A stretch of 64,000 nucleotides of DNA from Eledone cirrhosa (Eukaryota), in assembly GCA_964016885.1 (NCBI GenBank), contig OZ024743.1, positions 259,036,001 to 259,100,000 of the forward strand. The letters are read 5' to 3'. Position 1 is the stretch's first letter. Every line of letters begins with the position of its first letter. The translations under genes were made by a program, and so were the position numbers. The notes under the pieces are model-generated. The model saw only the letters and a list, made by a program, of their open reading frames with translations. It did no database searches and was not told where the DNA came from. Below are positions 57,294 to 64,000 of this stretch, piece after piece.

Positions 57294-57654
57294 ACAGGGA
57301 GAAAAAGACGATTAATAGGAAGAAAAATTTTTTTTTTTCCTTTTTATTTTTTTCTCTCTTTTTTTCTGGGTTAGAAAATGATTAAAACGAAATATTTTAC
57401 TTTGTGTGAAGTGTTAAGTTATTAGTTGATTTATTTATTTAAAACAATGGCATTTATTTATTTATTTATATATTTAATAATTGTCTATTACCGGTTTCAG
57501 CATTTTAAATAAATAAATAAATCAAGTAATACCTTAACACTTCACACAAAGTAAAATATTTCGTTTTAATCATTTTCTAACCCAGAAAAAAGAGAGAAAA
57601 AAATCAAAAGGAAAAAAAAAATTTTTCTTCCTAATAATCGTCTTTTTCTCCCTG

Positions 57655-57660
<6 letters not shown>
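57289..57660. mobile_element. fold-back element with ~160-bp arms and an HHR 3'-half remnant in the loop
   Basis: 57290-57445 is the inverse of 57503-57659; TACCGGTTTC (reverse GAAACCGGTA) at 57489-57498; (TA)n flanks. Confidence 0.75.
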
Positions 57661-57685
<25 letters not shown>

Positions 57686-57711
57686 CCTAACTCGTGTGCT
57701 TCCTCTCCACA

Positions 57712-57745
<34 letters not shown>

Positions 57746-60700
57746 GGCGACCTACGTAGTAAATCGTATCATCGTGAGCTCCGCAAAGGTTTGTTATTTT
57801 CAGTTGTTTAAAATTGCCATTCATGGAAATTTTTTATTGTTAACTGTATATAAGTGCACATACTTTGTTATCTGAAAAGGACACCCAAAAAGATTGGGGC
57901 CTTGAGCCCAAAATTTAAACTTTTATAATTATCAAACAAAAAGTTTTCTTTGAAAAATCATGGCTGACTCAGGGTCACTCCTTTCTCACAAACTAACACC
58001 TCACACCGACACCACCATTGTAATTATTACTACGTTTGCCAACACTAAAAATATAAGCAGTAGCAATATTTTAAATTTGTCTCAGGCAGACATTCATTTC
58101 CCGCCATTACCAATGACTGATGTGTTAAAGCCGCCACCACCACCACCACCACCGCGACAACCAACACCCCTACTACCACCGCGACAACAGAAACAAAAGA
58201 AAAAAATAAATTAACTCGTGATATCGAAATGAATTCAACCAAAATGAACTCTTCCACACCGAACACCACTGACGCCACCACCACCACAACTGAAACTAAA
58301 ATTAATAATAACAAAAATAACGATAATAACAACAGCAACAATGACATTAAGAAAACCACCCTGAGTTTTGCCAGAGTAGCAAAACAGTGCGAAGCATTTC
58401 AGGTAACTCAGGAGGAATTAAAGAAGCAAAAAAATGGGAAAGAAAGATGGGTACAGGGTCAGCCCCCCCCCCCCCAATAACAAAATGGAACATCGGCACC
58501 TATGCACCGTGTCTTATCGAGCAATTAATATAAAATCGCGCCGAGTGGAACGGGCATCCGAGTCCCAAATCCAAAAAGCTTTGGGACATGTGTGGGCAAA
58601 AAAACCCCACATCAGACGTGGGCAGAAGTATGGAACCGTGGACGTGTTCTTTGAAACAGCACAGGAGGCTAGAGAATACTCCATGGCCCCATTAAGAAGT
58701 GACGACTTCACACTCGTCGCAAGCTATTGTGGCCAGAGACTCGTAAAGATCAGGGTCACCCACGTTCCACCGGCCATCGAAATTCCCTGGCTAATAGCTG
58801 CCGTCCTCGCCAGCATCGAAGCCAGCACCAAGATAATCGAAATAGCGAAAGAATAGCAGGAGAACTGTCCGGATCTGGGATGGAGCTCCTGATCCAAGTG
58901 GACCAAAATAGCATTGAGGAGATCCCAGAGGTAATAGACCTCACTGACGGCGTAATTGTCGAGCTCAGAAAGCCTAGGTGTGTCGTTTGTGGTGAAGGAA
59001 CCCACCTAAGGGCTTTCTGCCCTCAGGCTAAAAGGTTGAGGCCACCTCTCCTACCCACCCCAGTGACTCAACCATCAACACCACCAGCAGCAGAGATGGC
59101 AGCAACAACTGTAGCAGCAACAACAGAAGCAACTGTAACAGCAACAACCTCAGCAACAGTAGCAAAACCAACACCACCACCACCCAACGCGCCAGAACTA
59201 GCAGTAGCGCCTACACCATCCACCACGCCACAACCAAAACTAACGCTTGTGGAGGATTTTCCACTCCCCGGCCTATCACAACTGGAGACAGATTGTGACG
59301 ACGAGGAGTAGGAAACGGTATCAGGAAAAAAGAAAAAAAGAAACCAAAAAAGAAAAAATTCTCTTCCTTCCCCCTCCAAAAACAAAATACAGAGGGAAAC
59401 AAATAAACTATCAAACAAAAAAATTAGGACAGATATGCCACCATCCACTCCAGCATCACCAACCCCATCACTCTAAACACCAACACCATCACCATCATTA
59501 ACCCCAACACCACCATCAGCTACACCACAAAAGTCACCAAAAAGCGAAACAGAAACAGACCCATAACAAACGCAAACAAAACAAAACAACCAAAACGATA
59601 CACACTACACAGCATTAAATTTGAACAACAACCAATTATTACACTACATCTAACACAACACCAGCATCACAGAAAAAGACTACACAACAACCCAAAAGTT
59701 CACACCACCTCCACACATACAAATCACTCGCATCACACAGAAAACGTACATGACACTAAAACAAAAATTCCCCAAAGACATCGGAGACTTCCGACAAGCA
59801 CTCTCCAGGAGGATTTATAAGGACATCCTTCCTGAGGAGGCCACAAGCAGTGAAAAGGATGGAGAAACCATCCTTCCTCTACGGAAAGTACGGTAAGTGG
59901 TCTTTCCCATCTTTTCCACTCCATTTCAACATGACCTCACTCAGAATAGGCAGCATAAATGCGCGTGGCTTGGGTTCGTCAAGGAAGCAGGGTCACCTGC
60001 TCAACGACCTCAGGTCACTAAACATAGATGTAGTGGCCACCAGCGAGACCAGAATCTCCGAAGCACGGGCCTTCGCACCGATCTTCGGCGGCTACGATGT
60101 GTACGCATCTCCCAGCCGTCAGGGATCGGAGAGAGGAGTTGCTGTGCTTTTTCGGAGAGGTTTGGATCTCGTCATACGGGCCATCTTCCTGGACCCAGAA
60201 GGTAAGTTGGTGGTGCTGGACGTGACCAGCGGAGACGGGCAAGCTTTCAGGCTAGTAGCCGTCTATGCCCCGACAGGAGCAGGGCGGCCTGATTTCTTCC
60301 AGCATCTGGAGACCTTTCTTGGACCGTCCCGCTCTTTAGTGTTAGTGGGCGACTGGAACGGGATATTAGATGCACGCTGGGACTGTGTGGGATTAGCGGA
60401 TAGGAGAGGAGGGTGCAAGAGTCTCACCAACCTGCTCAGGCGTTTTGAACTGTCTGACAGGTACCGATTGGATTTCCCGAATGTGCCAATGTGGACTTGG
60501 ACAAATCGCTTCGGGTCATCCAGATCATATCTAGATAGAGTATTTTGTAGGGAAATAGATAGGTCTAGCATAAGCTGTCTACAATTCAAGATAGTCAGCT
60601 ACACGGACCACAAATTCGTGATCTGTGTGCTTGACTTAGATAGGCTTCATGGACGAGGACCCGGCTACTGGAAGCTAAATGCGTCCTTACCAGCGCGTAA

Positions 60701-63593
60701 GGCCTACAGAGACCGGATTAGCGAACTAGTTAAGCGGGCGTTGACGGGGGCCATCGTCAACAACAAGTGGTGGTTTGCTCTGAAAAGAGCGATTAGAATA
60801 GAATCCATTAGGTTTAGTAAGGCTTTAGCAATAGAGAAAAATAGAGCAGAGGGAGAACTAGTTAAAAAATTAGACGAGGCGCTTAGCAAAGGCATCGCGA
60901 CCGACGTGCTTGCGGCGAAATTGGCCCTTGACCAATTCTTCAATGCAAAGCACGAAGGCTGCGTTGTCAGAGCTAGGGGGCGTGCTCTCAGACACGAGGG
61001 GACGAAAACCGTTCAATGGGCCCGAGTGGCGGAGGCGCGTCGTGGCAACAAAGCCACGATCCGGTCTTTGGTGGACCACGACGGGCGCATGCTACTCGAT
61101 CCCGGGCAAATGTGTAAAGCTTTTCAGCGACACTTCGCTCAGCTGTTCGGGGGCAGCAGTGGGCCGGGTTGAGGGATGGACTTTAGTGTCTACTTCGACG
61201 GACTGCCGCGGCTCTCGCCACTGAGGCGGAGTGTTACGAAAAGCCGATAACAGCCGCTGAAGTACGGGAGGCAATGACTGACTGCACAAGGAGTAAATCG
61301 CCTGGTTTGGATGGTCTGCCCTATGAACTTTACGTACAAATGCCAGACTTGTTCGGAGGCCTCTTGGCGGACGTCTACTGCAACTGGAAACAGAACGGGA
61401 GAATTCCCAGCTCTGTGAGCCGAGGAGCGGTGGCGCTGCTGAGAAAGGATCCGAACAAGGGGGATAACATAGATAATTTTAGGCCCATAACTCTGCTAAA
61501 CACAGAGTTCAAGATTTTGGCCTAGGTGCTAGCAAAGAGGTTGGCGCTTGTCGTTGGTGGTCTGGTGGGAGAGGCACGGGCATGCGCCATTCCCGACAGA
61601 TCCATCCACGACAACCTCCACCTCATGCGATACATCGTAGAGAGGGTAGCTAGGGAACCTGGCACGGGTGGGTCTTTGATCAATTTAGATCAGTCGAAAG
61701 CCTTCGATAGGGTCGACCATCGTTACCTAACGGCAGTCCTGAGGGCGGCTGGCTTTGGGCCCGTCTTCAGAGGCTGGATCGCTGCCATGCACAGCGACAT
61801 CTGCTCTGTAGTGAGAGTGAACGGTCACCTTTCGGAACCGTTCAACATCATGCGCTCGGTCCGCCAAGGATGTCCCCTCTCGTCCCTATTGTACGTATTG
61901 ACTCTCGAGCCATTACTGCACAAACTGGAGACGTTGAGGGGGGTCCCGCGCGAACTAGGATGCGGAAGATCCGTGTCAGCATATGCCGACGATGTCACCG
62001 TAGTGGTGTCGAACGCCAAACACATCGAGGCGATAGGCACTACACTAAGAGAATACGAAGCGGTGACAGGAGCAATGATCAACCAGGAAAAGTCAGTGGG
62101 CCTGCAGCTCGGCACCTGGAGAGGCAGGTCCATGCCGTCCAACAGCGTCGTCGGGCGCTGGACGGACGGACCGGTTAAATTGCTAGGGGTCTGGTTCGGT
62201 CCAGACCTCCAGACGGACAAAAACTGGGACGAGGTGACGAGCAGGGTGGCTTCTCTCACCCAGAAATGGGCCGAGAGGAAGCTATCCCTGAAAGGTCGAG
62301 CGGAGGTGGCGAATGCGTACATCGCATCCGTCATCTACTACCGCCTGACCGTCGTACCTTGTCCTAAGCCCCGCCTGACTGCGCTGGAGCGTTTGCTCTT
62401 TCGCTTCTTGTGGAAGGGACGCGCTCCGATGGTCAGGCGGTCCATCTGCTGTCAACACCCGCTACGTGGAGGGCTGGGCATGCCGTGGCTGATGATGCGC
62501 AGACACGCGCTCAGGCTACGACATCTCCACCTCTTCCTCGACGGTGATCAGGTGTGGTCGCCGTTTGCAAGACACGTTTTTCCCCAGCTCGTCTCCTTGA
62601 CGGAGCTGCAGTCCTGGGTCAAGCGAAGACCCAGAGGGAGCGCTTGGAGACTGGAATGTCTTCAGGCGCTCACAGCCCTCGGCCAATCGGGCAATGTGAT
62701 CGGTGGAAACTCCACCTTGGCGTTCTATAGGGGATTAGTGGAGGGGAAGAGCGACGACGTACTTGGAGAAACTCTAGGCGTCGACGAAAATCAACTAGCC
62801 AATCTCTTCGGAAGGACTTTCGGGCCGGGGCCTATGGACAACTTCCAGAAATCCCTGGCCTGGCAGTGCTACCGAGGAGCTTTGCCAGTTCGGGATAAAC
62901 TCTACAGGCATGGAGGTGCCGTCAGCCGGGCATGTCCGAGATGCGCGCAGGGCGACGAAACCGTCATGCACGCACTCGTCCAGTGTCCGAGCATTGCTGA
63001 CTTGTGGGTTTATGTCGAACACCTGCTGTCACGTGTAGGACGGATCCAGCTATCAGCTGAGTCCATCGTGAGGATTGCCCCGCCCCCTTCCTTTAGCCTG
63101 GAAGGGCAGGCAGTTTTTATCTGTCTGGTGGCCATGGCGAAAGAGATAGTATGGTGGACACGTTTGAAAGGGCTGAAAACGAGCACTTACCTCTTCGGTG
63201 ATGCCCTGATTAACTTTTTCAAATTTCATTTGAAAAGGAAAATCAGGGTAGAGAGGGAAGTGCTCTCTTCCCAGCATTTTGTTGAAAGATGGGTGAGAGA
63301 AGCAAGTATGGCCCGAATGAATGGGCCTTCTCTGAGTATGTGTCTGTAAATTAAAGGTGGAAAACTGGGAGAGGGCACTTGCCCTGGTGGTCAGGGCCAC
63401 TGTGGTCTTTTAATGGGCTTTCTCCACAAATGTCCCTTGGAAGTCTCCCCCCTATTGGGGAATTTTTCTTTGTTATTTTATTTCAACCTCTGTTTTTTTT
63501 TACACGCAGAAATGCCCATTTGTACCGTCCTGTATTGTCCTGTACTGTCCTTAATGTCTACTTTACGTGAACCCTTGTGGTTAATAAAGAAAA

Positions 63594-63595
<2 letters not shown>
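57746..63595 (+). mobile_element. near-full-length L1/Tx1-clade non-LTR retrotransposon, mildly disrupted, inserted in (ATT)n
   Basis: ORF1 pieces 58229-59311 with CX2CX4HX4C knuckle; ORF2 from ATG 59931: APE (SINARGL, GDWN, YLDR, TDH), RT (KSPGLDG, DQSKAFDRV, QGCPLS, YADD), C-terminal CPRC..H..C; stops at 61172 and 61525; AATAAA at ~63583. Confidence 0.93.
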
Positions 63596-63669
<74 letters not shown>

Positions 63670-64000
63670 GTGTGTGTATATATACGCATTAATATAATGG
63701 TTGCATCTCTGTTTCGATAATAAACCCAAACACATACTTAGAATATACACAACAAATACGAAGACAAAAAATTTCATCATTAACACACAACAACAGGCTG
63801 GCAAATCGTGGAGTGTACTGCAAATAACCAACGTAATATAAGGAGTCAAATGTAAACTAAGAAATTTGCAAACTTCATGTCCCAAATTGCTTCATTAGCA
63901 GACCTGTTGACTTTCATCCACTTTGGGAGCGGGTGACACATGTCTTCTCTTGTGAAAATGGGTATAGCTTTCATTTTGCCCCATTTCTCCCCGTTTTGGG

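Overview
Eukaryotic, AT-rich, microsatellite-laden genomic DNA. The SINE families and the (TA)n load point to an octopus or other coleoid cephalopod (inference). The window holds the 3' nine coding exons of a + strand mesh/SUSD2-like membrane protein gene (AMOP-VWD-Sushi-TM, stop at 51625), all in consistent splice phase. Its 35.8-kb intron (6858-42634) is packed with nested mobile elements: RTE LINEs, a DD37D maT transposon, Neptune- and Naiad-like Penelope-like elements (PLEs), a CRE fragment and SINEs. A Chapaev3-like transposon lies in an earlier intron and a near-full-length Tx1/L1 element lies downstream. The main hidden signal is non-coding: about 14 type-I minimal hammerhead ribozyme (HHR) motifs plus decayed ones, read by eye. 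They include a 3.2-copy tandem array of a 467-bp HHR-bearing unit (28414-29915) and a divergent 339-bp monomer (56442-56806) with the same ordered hairpin architecture and a compensatory change, i.e. a candidate retrozyme/circular-RNA family. There are also HHR-bearing fold-back elements inserted in (TA)n and a U3-A8 covariant HHR core. No ribozyme activity or expression can be shown from sequence alone. Most long ORFs in the supplied track are microsatellite artefacts.
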